NCBI GenBank assembly: GCA_052035525.1 | Contig: JBPOHN010000012.1 | Span: forward strand, 16,489-80,488 | DNA from: Armatimonadota bacterium | GTDB lineage: Bacteria; Armatimonadota; UBA5829 | Direction: 5' to 3' | Length of the DNA: 64,000 nucleotides | Shown here: positions 19,918 through 29,325 of the stretch, one piece after another | How the letters are laid out: each line of letters begins with the position of its first letter | How positions within the stretch are numbered: the first letter of the stretch is position 1 | The notes under the pieces: model-generated | What the model was told of the DNA's origin: nothing | Database searches by the model: none | Seen by the model: only the letters and a program-made list of their open reading frames with translations | Program-made: the position numbers and the translations under genes

Positions 19918-21336
19918 ATGTCACTTAGAATCAACCTGAACAGTGCAGCTCTGTCTGCAAGCCGCTACTTGGGGCAAACTGACAACGCGCTCGGCAAATC
20001 AATCGAAAAGCTGTCTTCCGGCTATCGCGTGAACCGAGCCAGTGACGACCCGGCAGGGTTGGTCATTTCCCAGAAACTGCGTGCCCAGATCGGTGGTCTG
20101 GGGCAGGCAATCTCCAACTCGAACGACGCCATCAACATGGTAAGGACAGCAGAAGGTGCTCTCAACGAGACGCACGCTCTGCTCATTTCCATGAGAGAGC
20201 TGGCGATCCACGCCGCGAACACCGGTGCTAACGACGAAGCGTCGCTGGCCGCCGATCAGCTTCAGATCGCTTCAGCTATCGACTCGCTGAACCGAATCGC
20301 AGCAAACACCCAGTTCGGTCAGAAGAAGCTGCTGGACGGCAGCGCCGGTATGAAGGCGACCGTTATCAACACAGTCGACTTCGGCAACGTTACACCGGCC
20401 GCCAACACCGTGGCGGGTTATGTGGGCGTTGACGTTACCCAGGCGGCTACCAAGGCTCAGTATGTTGGCGACGATCTGTGGGACACGGACACCGTCGGTG
20501 ACATCGCCGGCGGCGCCAGCTCGATCACGATCAACGGAACGCTGATCAGCTTCGATGCGCTTGACGGTGGCGCACAGGTGATCCAGAAGATCAACGACGT
20601 CAGCTCCACAACCGGCGTGACCGCGACGCTGAACGCCGGCGTGATCACTCTCGATCAGACCAGCTTCGGCAGCGATAAGGGCATAGCCCTGGTCGACGCT
20701 AGTGGTCTCATCAGCGGTACCACGAACGTCGTGGAGTGGGGAACCGACGCTGCGGCGACAGTTACCTACAGCGACGGCAGCACCGAGGCCTTCAATGCCG
20801 GTAAGGGGCTCCAGCTCGTAGGCGCCACCAGCGGCATGGTCATCAACCTGACGACGGCTGGCAATGCTGTTGCCAACCACAACGATGCGATCTTCATCAC
20901 GTCCTCGACGATGATGTTCCAGATTGGCGCTTATGCCGGCCAGACGGTTGAGCTGTCACTGAACTCGGTGGCGGCCGCTGATCTCGGCGGCACTGCGGTC
21001 GGCCTGATCAATACTACCTGGACAGTGGCCGACATCGACGTGAGGAGCTTCAACGGGGCTCAGGATGCTCTCAAACTGATCGACGCCGCTATCAGCGAAG
21101 TGTCGACCATCAGAGCGAACCTCGGTGCTTTCCAGAAGAACATTCTGGAGTCGAACGTGAACTCCCTCAGCGTTGCTAAGGAGAACATCGCGGCTTCCGA
21201 GTCGAGCATCCGCGACACGGACATGGCTGCCGAGATGGTCAACTTCACTCGGAACCAGATCCTGGAGCAGGCCGGCACTGCTATGCTTGCTCAGGCCAAT
21301 CAGGTCCCGCAGATCCTGCTCAGGCTGCTCCAGTAG
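19918..21336 (+). CDS. fliC: flagellin
   Basis: conserved flagellin N (LSSGYRVNRASDDPAG) and C (MVNFTRNQILEQAGTAMLAQANQVPQILL) domains, variable middle. Confidence 0.95.
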   Translation: MSLRINLNSAALSASRYLGQTDNALGKSIEKLSSGYRVNRASDDPAGLVISQKLRAQIGGLGQAISNSNDAINMVRTAEGALNETHALLISMRELAIHAANTGANDEASLAADQLQIASAIDSLNRIAANTQFGQKKLLDGSAGMKATVINTVDFGNVTPAANTVAGYVGVDVTQAATKAQYVGDDLWDTDTVGDIAGGASSITINGTLISFDALDGGAQVIQKINDVSSTTGVTATLNAGVITLDQTSFGSDKGIALVDASGLISGTTNVVEWGTDAAATVTYSDGSTEAFNAGKGLQLVGATSGMVINLTTAGNAVANHNDAIFITSSTMMFQIGAYAGQTVELSLNSVAAADLGGTAVGLINTTWTVADIDVRSFNGAQDALKLIDAAISEVSTIRANLGAFQKNILESNVNSLSVAKENIAASESSIRDTDMAAEMVNFTRNQILEQAGTAMLAQANQVPQILLRLLQ

Positions 21337-21407
21337 CAGTCTCTACTGAGTAGCAAACTGCTGCAGAGGTGTCTTTCGAGAAACCCCTGCAGCATTAGGA
21401 GAAGAGG

Positions 21408-21436
21408 CTGCGGGAGCGATGCTATCGCTCCCGCAG
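21408..21436 (+). terminator. strong hairpin downstream of flagellin (terminator/attenuator)
   Basis: CTGCGGGAGCGAT-gc-TATCGCTCCCGCAG ~13-bp stem, followed by TTGTTTC. Confidence 0.5.
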
Positions 21437-21464
21437 CAGCACACATTGTTTCGGGGGTGAGACA

Positions 21465-23450
21465 ATGCCCGCAACATCATCAATAAACGGCATCATCTCT
21501 GGCCTGAGCACGGACGAGATCGTCTCCAAGATCATGGAGAACGCCCGCAGGCCAGTTGATCTGCTGATGAAGAAGCAGGCCGACCTTACCCAGAAGTTGG
21601 CAGCGTGGCAGGAGTTCAACACCCGCCTGCTCGCACTACAGACCACCGCCAGCAGTCTCGCAAACGCAGCTACATTCGCCTCGAATACCGTAACCTCCAG
21701 CGACGAAAACATCCTTAGCGGCACGGCTGCCGCAACCGCAGCGCAGGGCACATATTACATCAAGGTCGAGTCAAAAGCGCAGACGCAGCAGTTGGCCTCA
21801 CAGGGGTTTGCGAACGTCACCGACGCTGTCGGCACAGGCACAGTGCGCATATCGATCCTCGACGGCACGGCATTCGATGTGAAGATCGACGCCAGCAACA
21901 ACTCCCTGCAAGGCCTCCGCGATGCCATCAACAAGGCGGGCAAAGGCGTTACCGCGGTTATCGTGAACAACGGCGACGCGGAGAATCCGTATCAGTTGCT
22001 GGTGACGACCAATGGCTCCGGGACCGGCCACGCGATGAGCATCGACACCTCAGGGCTTACTGGAGGCACTCAGCCCCTCATAGACCAGGTGGTGCAGGAA
22101 GCGACCGATGCGACCCTCACTCTTGGCAGCGGCGCCGGCCAGATACGCGTAACGAAAAGCACTAATACAATCACCGACCTCATTCCCGGCGTTACACTCA
22201 ACATAAAGAACGCTGATCCCACCAAGACGATCACGCTGGAAATCGCGACCGACATCTCCGCTATCCAGAAGAATGTTGGGGACTTCGTCACCCAGTACAA
22301 CAACGCCATCGACTTCCTCAACTCGCAGTTCAGATTCGATATGGAACTCAACAGCCAGGGGGTCCTGTTTGGCGACTTCCGCCTGCAGAAGCTGCAGTCT
22401 GACCTCGGGCAGATCATAGTGAACCCGACAGCCGGGCTCAACCAGGAGTTGAAGGTACTCTCCCACATCGGGATCACGATGGGCCAGGACGGTAAGCTTT
22501 CGGTAAATAACGCCGAACTTGCGGCTGCGCTCAGAAACAACCTGCCGCAGGTGAACGCGCTGTTCTCCTCAAGTTTTGACTCATCGAATCCGAGCGTTAC
22601 GTTCGTGGCAAGCAGCCCGGACACCCAGGCAACGAGCTGGCAGGGCTATGAGGTCAAAGTCACTGTCCCGCCGCTTCGCGCTCAAATAACGATGGCTATC
22701 GAGCAGGCGGGAAATCTGACTCAGACAGAGCAGCTTACGTTGAACGGCAGGACCATCCTACTTGAAGCCGGGATGTCGCAGGCGGAAGTGATCGCGGAGA
22801 TCAACAAGTACTCGAATTATACCGGAGTCACTGCGCTGGCCACCGGAGCGGATGGCACTGGCAGCGGCAACTACTTGACGCTCAGGCAAATGAGCTATGG
22901 GCCCGGCGGCCACATAACCGTGAAGTCGGACACTTCCGTTACCACCGGCACCAATGCCGGAATCGGAACGACTGAGATAAATGAAGTCTTTCTGACGGGG
23001 GAGTCCGGCCTCCTGCAAGGCCATGCCGGCCAGTACATGGAAGGCACGATCAATGGCGTGGAGGCGAAATCGGACGGCCAGTACCTTATTGCCCAGGGAA
23101 GCGGTAACAACCAGGCAGCAAAGGGACTGCGACTTAAGATTGACTCGTCGGTGCCGCTGACATCCGTCGTGCATTTCACAAAAGGCGTCGGGCTGCTGAT
23201 CAAGGACTTCGTCAGCAAGGTCACTGACGTCCAGGGCTCCATCACCACCGCCGAGGAGACTCTCGGCACAGAAATAAAGGATGTCAAGAACGAAATCGCC
23301 GAGTGGAACGAAAGGCTGGCTATCAGGGAGCAGAAACTCTATCTGGACTTCCAGAAGATGGAGGACGCGCTGGGCAAGCTGCAATCGCAGGGCAACACCG
23401 TAGCGGCGCTACTGAGCAGCATTTCCCTCGCTTCCACAGGCAAGAAGTAG
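21465..23450 (+). CDS. fliD: flagellar filament cap protein FliD
   Basis: 661 aa, FliD N/C coiled-coil regions. Confidence 0.9.
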   Translation: MPATSSINGIISGLSTDEIVSKIMENARRPVDLLMKKQADLTQKLAAWQEFNTRLLALQTTASSLANAATFASNTVTSSDENILSGTAAATAAQGTYYIKVESKAQTQQLASQGFANVTDAVGTGTVRISILDGTAFDVKIDASNNSLQGLRDAINKAGKGVTAVIVNNGDAENPYQLLVTTNGSGTGHAMSIDTSGLTGGTQPLIDQVVQEATDATLTLGSGAGQIRVTKSTNTITDLIPGVTLNIKNADPTKTITLEIATDISAIQKNVGDFVTQYNNAIDFLNSQFRFDMELNSQGVLFGDFRLQKLQSDLGQIIVNPTAGLNQELKVLSHIGITMGQDGKLSVNNAELAAALRNNLPQVNALFSSSFDSSNPSVTFVASSPDTQATSWQGYEVKVTVPPLRAQITMAIEQAGNLTQTEQLTLNGRTILLEAGMSQAEVIAEINKYSNYTGVTALATGADGTGSGNYLTLRQMSYGPGGHITVKSDTSVTTGTNAGIGTTEINEVFLTGESGLLQGHAGQYMEGTINGVEAKSDGQYLIAQGSGNNQAAKGLRLKIDSSVPLTSVVHFTKGVGLLIKDFVSKVTDVQGSITTAEETLGTEIKDVKNEIAEWNERLAIREQKLYLDFQKMEDALGKLQSQGNTVAALLSSISLASTGKK

Positions 23451-23520
23451 TAAGGGCGCAGGCTCTTTCATAGAACAACGCAAGTAAGCTACCGGAAATC
23501 GCACGACGAGGAGTAAGAGA

Positions 23521-23931
23521 ATGGCTGTGTCAAACCCATACGTCCAGTACCAGGCCAATTCAGTCACCACCGCGGGTCCCGACAAGCTCCTGCTTATGGC
23601 CTACGAGGGCGCAATTCGCTTCGTGAGGATGGGGCAGGAGAAGCTTCTGTCTGGATCCGAAGTCGACGCAAGGACGAGCCTTGGCAAAGCCCAGTTGATC
23701 ATCGCCCAGCTGATGATGACGCTCAACCCCGAGCCCGCCCCCGAACTCGTAGCGAACCTTGCGAGACTCTACGAGTACATGCACAACAGGCTGTCCGACG
23801 CGGGCCTCAACAATGATGCCCGAGCAGCGGACGAAGTGATTGGCATACTCAGTGACCTGAAGGACGCGTGGACGCAGGCAGCGCAGATGTGCCGGGAGCA
23901 GTCCGCCGGGGAAGGGCAGTTGGCAGCGTGA
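23521..23931 (+). CDS. fliS: flagellin-specific chaperone FliS
   Basis: MAVSNPYVQYQANSVTTAGPDKLLLMAYEGAIRF FliS family. Confidence 0.9.
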   Translation: MAVSNPYVQYQANSVTTAGPDKLLLMAYEGAIRFVRMGQEKLLSGSEVDARTSLGKAQLIIAQLMMTLNPEPAPELVANLARLYEYMHNRLSDAGLNNDARAADEVIGILSDLKDAWTQAAQMCREQSAGEGQLAA

Positions 23932-23942
23932 GTTCCCCCGCC

Positions 23943-24416
23943 ATGAACAACCCGGCGCCGACGCTATCGACGCTGAACACAGCCCTGGCTCAGACGCGAG
24001 CGCAGATGGCGGTGATGGAATCACTGCGTGAAACCGGCGAGCGGCTCTTCTCGAGTATCTGCCGCGGAGATATCGACTCGCTCGGCGATATTCTGGAAGC
24101 GCGAGCAGAGGCTTGCGCCAAACTCAACGATCTTATTGCAACCTCATCCCCTTTAGCCGCGAATCTCGATCAGTTGGCGGCATCTTCGAGCCCGGACATA
24201 AGCGCTGTTGCGGCCGAGATTCTGCGGGTGACGAAGCAGATGGATATCCTCAGGATGCAAATCCTGACCCGTCAAAACGAATGCGAGGAGGCGCTGCGGG
24301 CTGCCCTTGCGGATACATCGCGACAGTTGCGGGAGGCCGCGGGTCAGAAGAAAGTGCGCACCGCCTATCAGAGCACTCCGACCGCCTCACCTCGTTACCT
24401 GGACAGCCGAAAATGA
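23943..24416 (+). CDS. FliT-like helical flagellar chaperone (putative)
   Basis: 157 aa helical protein in fliD-fliS-fliT position; start at MNNPAP; similarity to FliT weak. Confidence 0.45.
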   Translation: MNNPAPTLSTLNTALAQTRAQMAVMESLRETGERLFSSICRGDIDSLGDILEARAEACAKLNDLIATSSPLAANLDQLAASSSPDISAVAAEILRVTKQMDILRMQILTRQNECEEALRAALADTSRQLREAAGQKKVRTAYQSTPTASPRYLDSRK

Positions 24417-25546
24417 GTACCTGTCGTGAAATGTTGCTTAGACTCCTCCCGCTGCTTCTTGCGGCACTGATCTGCATGCTCTGCGCCAGCTCATCGCTTA
24501 GGGCGGAGTCCGCCTACGAGGAGATCCGCGAGAAGGTCAGCACTCTTGCCGGCAGTGATTACGCCAAACCGCTGATACTGGCCGTTACCAAGCAGGGTAG
24601 ACCCGTGTTCGGGGTTGCGATCACCGATCCGACGGCGCCGATCAAGAGCAAGGCCCGCATAGTCATAGTCGCCGGACAGCACGGCAATGAGCCGTGCGCG
24701 GCGCATGCGGCGGCGGAACTGGCACTGCGTTGGGCGAGCGAAGAAGGGTTCGCAGACCTGCGGCGGAACGCGATGGTGTTGATCATTCCCGCAGCCAATC
24801 CGGATGGTCTCGCACACGGGACCAGATCGGGTTCCTCCGGTGTTGACCCGAACAGGGACTGGAGCCGGCTTTCGCTCGTCGAAACGCGCACGATAGCGCG
24901 TGCGATCGAGGAGTGGAAGCCGCATCTGATCCTGGACAAGCACGAATGGAGCCAGACTGACGGCTACAGGTTCGATTGCGTGGAGCTGTCGGGTGTGGCG
25001 CCGGACCAATCGCTCGTCGAGCTCGGCAAGCGGATCAGGGCGAACGCGATGCCGGCGGAGTTCTCGGCGGTGGATTCGCTTCCTGGCAGGAACCCGTCGC
25101 TCTTTCACAGACGTTTTCTGGCCAAGGGATACCTCACCTATCTGATCGAAACCTCGCCGGAGGAAAGCCCTGCCGCGAAGCAACGGCATTACATACAGCT
25201 CAGCATGTCGCTCGCAAGGCAGGCGGTGGCGCACCGGGAACGGATAGAGGCTTGTTCGGCTGCGGGACGGCAGCATGAGCTTCCGGAGCAGGTTGCCGGC
25301 TGGCGGGAGCGGCGGTCTCCCGTCGCGCAGAAAGCCGCTTTCGGCGTGGAGGCTGTGGTCGGAATGGCCGCGCTGTACTGCCTGCTGCTCCTGAGCGCGC
25401 AGATGAAGAGACCGATGGCAAGATGGCGCAGAGAGGAGAGGCTCTTAGCTCCCCGCAGAGCCTGTGTTCCGGCAACGCCGTTCGGAGTGCTCCCCGAGAT
25501 CACCTGCAGAAGCAGGGCGAGTAGACAGGGGAGACGGGGGCGCTAG
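24413..25546 (+). CDS. M14-family zinc carboxypeptidase-like protein, signal peptide plus C-terminal TM
   Basis: start ATG overlaps previous stop (ATGA); AGQHGNE (HxxE), PAANPDG, M14 fold features; ORF-track 5' 100 aa extension rejected. Confidence 0.6.
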   Translation: MSTCREMLLRLLPLLLAALICMLCASSSLRAESAYEEIREKVSTLAGSDYAKPLILAVTKQGRPVFGVAITDPTAPIKSKARIVIVAGQHGNEPCAAHAAAELALRWASEEGFADLRRNAMVLIIPAANPDGLAHGTRSGSSGVDPNRDWSRLSLVETRTIARAIEEWKPHLILDKHEWSQTDGYRFDCVELSGVAPDQSLVELGKRIRANAMPAEFSAVDSLPGRNPSLFHRRFLAKGYLTYLIETSPEESPAAKQRHYIQLSMSLARQAVAHRERIEACSAAGRQHELPEQVAGWRERRSPVAQKAAFGVEAVVGMAALYCLLLLSAQMKRPMARWRREERLLAPRRACVPATPFGVLPEITCRSRASRQGRRGR

Positions 25547-25555
25547 ACGGGCAGG

Positions 25556-26050
25556 CTAGACCCTGGCAGCCGACCTAAGGCTCAGCATCAGAGTGACTTC
25601 ACCTATTGGCAATCCGGTTTCGCGCGCGATGTCGGCGGCGGAGGAGCCTGAATCCGCAAGATGATAGACTCTCGACTGCACTTCCACATCCGCGTCTTCG
25701 CCTGCTTCGGTCGGTTCGGGGTGCTCAGTGTGCCGCACGTCCTGCGATTCCGAGGTTAGCTGAGCCCAAAGGGCGATCTTCTGGTCGGCGATCAGGATCA
25801 GCTTGCGAAGGTCCTCGCAGCGATCATCGAGGTCGCGGCAGGCGATCGACGCGGTCTCCTTTATGTCGTCGATCAGCTTCTCCGCCGAGGCTTCCAGTAC
25901 GCGCAGGTCGGCCGGCGTGAGGCTCTCGGCGTGCGCGCGCGTAGCGATCTGCGAGGATATCCATTTCATCAGGACAGCGACTCCCGCGAGCAGGATAATG
26001 GTCCCTGTGCTGCCGAAGACGGCGAGGTTGCTGCAGTCTATGGGTTTCAT
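25556..26050 (-). CDS. hypothetical membrane protein with C-terminal HTH-like motif (DUF2802-like, recalled not verified)
   Basis: N-terminal TM (VFGSTGTIILLAGVAVLMKW), coiled region, C-terminal ADIARETGLPIGEVTLMLSL. Confidence 0.4.
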   Translation of the reverse strand: MKPIDCSNLAVFGSTGTIILLAGVAVLMKWISSQIATRAHAESLTPADLRVLEASAEKLIDDIKETASIACRDLDDRCEDLRKLILIADQKIALWAQLTSESQDVRHTEHPEPTEAGEDADVEVQSRVYHLADSGSSAADIARETGLPIGEVTLMLSLRSAARV

Positions 26051-26051
26051 G

Positions 26052-26333
26052 CTATGCCACCGTGTCGATCAGATGCTCCTGGCCGTCAGAAGGAGGCTGG
26101 TGCTGCTGATGGTGGTGCGCGTTCTTGCGTTCGCGGCCCTTGTCCTCGCGCTTGAACCTCGACTTCTCGACCTTGTCTGAATTGTCGACCTTTCTCATAC
26201 TAGCTTGCATTGCCGCCCGCGCCGCCAACTGCTCCTGCGTCAAGTCGGCGACCCGCTGGCTGGCTGCCACGGACCGTTCCGGGTCCACGGATTTGACTAC
26301 CGATGATGCTAAGTCCGAAGCTTCGAACGTCAT
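26052..26333 (-). CDS. hypothetical small charged protein
   Basis: 93 aa from MTFEASDLASSVVK; Lys/Arg/Glu-rich with HHHQQHQ tract; start after fliA stop. Confidence 0.35.
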   Translation of the reverse strand: MTFEASDLASSVVKSVDPERSVAASQRVADLTQEQLAARAAMQASMRKVDNSDKVEKSRFKREDKGRERKNAHHHQQHQPPSDGQEHLIDTVA

Positions 26334-26365
26334 CCCAATCCCCCCTGTCTCCTGCCTGGAAGAAG

Positions 26366-27124
26366 CTAGGCAATCAGGGCGAAGGCGTCGGAGTGCCTGG
26401 CGAGTTTTCCATTTAGCCGCAGCGTCGCCTTCGCATGCAGTTGACATACACGTGATTCCGTGACGCCAAGCACCTCGGCGATTTCCTTGAGCGTAAGCCC
26501 GTCGGCATAGTAGAGGCTGACGACAAGACGCTCACGCTCAGGCAATTGATCAATCGCCTCGGCAAGCAATCTGGCCCGCTCTTGTTTCTGCGCAGCCACA
26601 TACGGATCGTCCTCGGACGCGTCAGGGGAGCTGATCTCGATACCTGCCGACAGCGTTTCGTCGAGTGACAGCAGCGAGGACCGCCCCACCAGCGCGAGCT
26701 TCTCCTCAAGCTCGGCAACGTCTATTCCCAGCCGGTCCGCGATTTCCTCATCAGTCGGCGGCCTGCCAAGTTCGGCTTCCGCTTCGGCACAGACCCGCCT
26801 CAGGTCGGACTCGTCTTTTCTGACAGATCTGGGAGCCCAGTCCAGGTTCCGGAGCGCATCTATGACGGCGCCGCGGACCCGCGGGATCGCGTAGGTCTCA
26901 AACTTCAGGCCGCGCTCCGGCTCGAAGCCTTCTATCGCCTCGATCAGGCCAACAACCGCGTGACCGATCAGGTCGTCGTAGGAGGCCGCGCCAACCGCCG
27001 CGAAGTTCAGGCGGTCGACGACATATTTGGCCAGATAGGCGTAGGACGTGATGAGCTGCTCGCGGGCATGCTGATCGCTGCCGGTCTTATATTGCCGCCA
27101 CAACCTATCGCGATTCTCGGCCAT
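26366..27124 (-). CDS. fliA: RNA polymerase sigma-28 factor FliA/WhiG
   Basis: sigma-70 regions 2, 3, 4 (LTLKEIAEVLGVTESRVCQLHAKA). Confidence 0.95.
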   Translation of the reverse strand: MAENRDRLWRQYKTGSDQHAREQLITSYAYLAKYVVDRLNFAAVGAASYDDLIGHAVVGLIEAIEGFEPERGLKFETYAIPRVRGAVIDALRNLDWAPRSVRKDESDLRRVCAEAEAELGRPPTDEEIADRLGIDVAELEEKLALVGRSSLLSLDETLSAGIEISSPDASEDDPYVAAQKQERARLLAEAIDQLPERERLVVSLYYADGLTLKEIAEVLGVTESRVCQLHAKATLRLNGKLARHSDAFALIA

Positions 27125-27138
27125 TCACTTCTCCTGTC

Positions 27139-27188
27139 ATGCTGAACCAGGTCCAGCATCCATATCAGACCCTGAGGCACGCTCAGGG
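27139..27188. repeat. structured palindromic repeat (ATGCTGAACC-N-GGTCCAGCAT + CCCTGAG-N5-CTCAGGG) immediately upstream of fliA RBS
   Basis: reverse-complement copy of element at 58745-58793 with compensatory stem change. Confidence 0.55.
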
Positions 27189-27200
27189 CGACTCATCTAC

Positions 27201-27407
27201 CTACTCCTGATTGCCAGAAACCATGAACTGACGCAACAGCGCGCCCAGCAGGCAGAGCACGACCCAAAGGCCGGCGAAGTAGACGATGCCCCGGATGACG
27301 CACTCCAGCAGGTCTCCTCCGGAGAGCGCGCAGGACGCCCATGCGATGATGCTGACGATGAGCGAGAGCGCGAGGCCGAATATCTTCCATGCAGACTCGA
27401 AGTTCAT
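27201..27407 (-). CDS. hypothetical small membrane protein (2 predicted TM helices)
   Basis: 68 aa, start overlaps flhG stop (ATGA); located between flhG and fliA. Confidence 0.45.
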   Translation of the reverse strand: MNFESAWKIFGLALSLIVSIIAWASCALSGGDLLECVIRGIVYFAGLWVVLCLLGALLRQFMVSGNQE

Positions 27408-28246
27408 CTCACTGTCACCATCCTCGGCAAATGAAGTCGGGACATTACGTTAAGCGAGGCAATACGCAGCCTCTTGGACATTTCGGATGCCGGATAGAGC
27501 TCCACGATCGGCTTTTGCCGCGCAACGGCGTCGCGCAGGTTATCGTCGTACGGGATCCAATCCCAGGCGTCGATAGATGTCTCCAGGAATCTGGTGCAGA
27601 TCGCGTCCAGAGCCATCGCGGCTTTTTCGGCAGATGATCTGTCCGCCGAAATGTTCACGATGAGTTCGAGCCTGTTTTCGAGCCGCGCCTGGGACACGGT
27701 CTTTATGAGTGCGTAGGAATCCATCACGGAAGTGGGTTCCGGTGTAGTAACCAGCAGGACCTCATCGGCGACGCGCAGGAAATCGATCACGTTGTCAGAA
27801 ATGCCGGGAGCGGTGTCGATAATGAGCACATCCAGCTCCGTGTCAGTTGTGAGCAGGGAGAGGATGATCCGCTGCCTCTCGCGAGAGCTGAGGTTCGCAA
27901 GCCACTCGATGCCCGTACCTGCGGAGAGCAACCTGATTCCGGCAGGGCCCTGGGTCCAGGCCTCGGACACGGGCAGACCTGACTGGATGACGTCCCCAAG
28001 GTTGTGGCGCGCCGGGCTGCCGAGCAGCACTTCCACGTTCGCCAAGCCGAGATCAGCGTCCAGAATACCCGTCCGCACGCCTCGCGCAGACAGAAGCACG
28101 GCGAGATTTGCAGCTATGTTGGACTTTCCGACGCCGCCTTTGCCGCTGGTTACCGCGACTATTCGCGGCGAACTTGTCGGCGCCACCGTCGGGACGGAGA
28201 GCTCACCCTTCGCCAGGACCCGGAGTCTTTCAGCCTGGTCTATCAT
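27404..28246 (-). CDS. flhG: MinD/ParA-type ATPase FlhG (FleN)
   Basis: deviant Walker A SGKGGVGKS, MinD fold. Confidence 0.9.
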   Translation of the reverse strand: MIDQAERLRVLAKGELSVPTVAPTSSPRIVAVTSGKGGVGKSNIAANLAVLLSARGVRTGILDADLGLANVEVLLGSPARHNLGDVIQSGLPVSEAWTQGPAGIRLLSAGTGIEWLANLSSRERQRIILSLLTTDTELDVLIIDTAPGISDNVIDFLRVADEVLLVTTPEPTSVMDSYALIKTVSQARLENRLELIVNISADRSSAEKAAMALDAICTRFLETSIDAWDWIPYDDNLRDAVARQKPIVELYPASEMSKRLRIASLNVMSRLHLPRMVTVR

Positions 28247-29325
28247 GCCTCGTCTCCCAGAACAAGGTCAGCAAGCGCGCGGCATTCCGCCATTTGCAGG
28301 TCGTCCGGGACCTCCTGGCCGTTCGTGATACACGTGATCGGGAGTCCGGTTGTTGCCGGTAGGCTGACGATGCAGCCCAGAACATCGGACTCGTCCACCT
28401 TGCTTATGACGAGCCTGGTAGGTGACAGGACGGAGAAGCTGTTCGCGACATCGGCCTGCACCGTCGGAGACGAGCTTGCGGATACCACGAGGTAGATATC
28501 GGTCGGCTGAGCGGGAGCCAGAAGCTGGTTCAGCTCATCGAGCTGCAGAGCATTGCGCTGGCTCCGGCCGATTGTGTCTATGAGGATCAAGTCGGCGTCG
28601 GAGTGTTTCTCGATCGCCTGCTGCATGTCAGCGGGCGTAGAAACCACCTCAAGCGGGATGTTGAGTATTCTGGCGTAGACGCGGATTTGCTCGATGCCGC
28701 CGATGCGGAATGTGTCGCAGGTGATGATGGCGACATTCTTGCCATCCTGAAGCGCGTATCTTGCCGCCAGCTTCGCGAGTGTGGTGGTCTTGCCAACTCC
28801 GGTGGGGCCGACGAAGGCGATCACGGATCCGCTTGGGGCCGGCCCGGCCGTGTGCTTGCTGATAGCATTTGCCAGCAGATCGGCCAGTTCCTGTCGATTG
28901 CGCACCGCCGCAAGCGTCTCCGGAGGCACATCGAGCAGATCGGGCGATACGCCGCGATCCTTGAGGAGCCGTATCCACGGGTTTGCGTCCTCGACGCCGG
29001 CGTTCAACTGGTGCTTTATGCGCCTTATCTCCTGCCAAAGCTCGCGTAGTTGCTCGGCCGCGTTGTCTTGCCGCTCGACCGGCTTGGGAGCAGGCGGGGG
29101 CACACTGCGATCCGCCGGCGGGGCGGGCTTTTCGGGCAGGATGGCTATCGGCTCTTCCTCATCTATGCCGGCCATTACCTCGACCTGCTGCTTGGTGCCG
29201 ATTCCGAAGAACCTGGCGGCCTTGACGGACCTGGTATCCAGGACCACCGCGTCCTCGCCCATCTCTTCCCTAACCATCGCCAGGGCCTGGCGCACATCGT
29301 CAGCGATAAAGCTCTTAATCAGCAT
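28243..29325 (-). CDS. flhF: flagellar SRP-type GTPase FlhF
   Basis: GPTGVGKTTT, DTIGR, SKVDE G-motifs. Confidence 0.9.
   Translation of the reverse strand: MLIKSFIADDVRQALAMVREEMGEDAVVLDTRSVKAARFFGIGTKQQVEVMAGIDEEEPIAILPEKPAPPADRSVPPPAPKPVERQDNAAEQLRELWQEIRRIKHQLNAGVEDANPWIRLLKDRGVSPDLLDVPPETLAAVRNRQELADLLANAISKHTAGPAPSGSVIAFVGPTGVGKTTTLAKLAARYALQDGKNVAIITCDTFRIGGIEQIRVYARILNIPLEVVSTPADMQQAIEKHSDADLILIDTIGRSQRNALQLDELNQLLAPAQPTDIYLVVSASSSPTVQADVANSFSVLSPTRLVISKVDESDVLGCIVSLPATTGLPITCITNGQEVPDDLQMAECRALADLVLGDEA

Noticed and set aside
20272-20880. 202-aa minus-strand ORF inside flagellin
   Set aside because: Antisense artefact of high GC; flagellin on the plus strand has conserved N and C domains.
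24113-24412. N-terminal 100-aa extension of the M14 peptidase ORF
   Set aside because: Overlaps the FliT-like gene in another frame; an in-frame ATG at 24413 (ATGA coupling) is immediately followed by a signal peptide.
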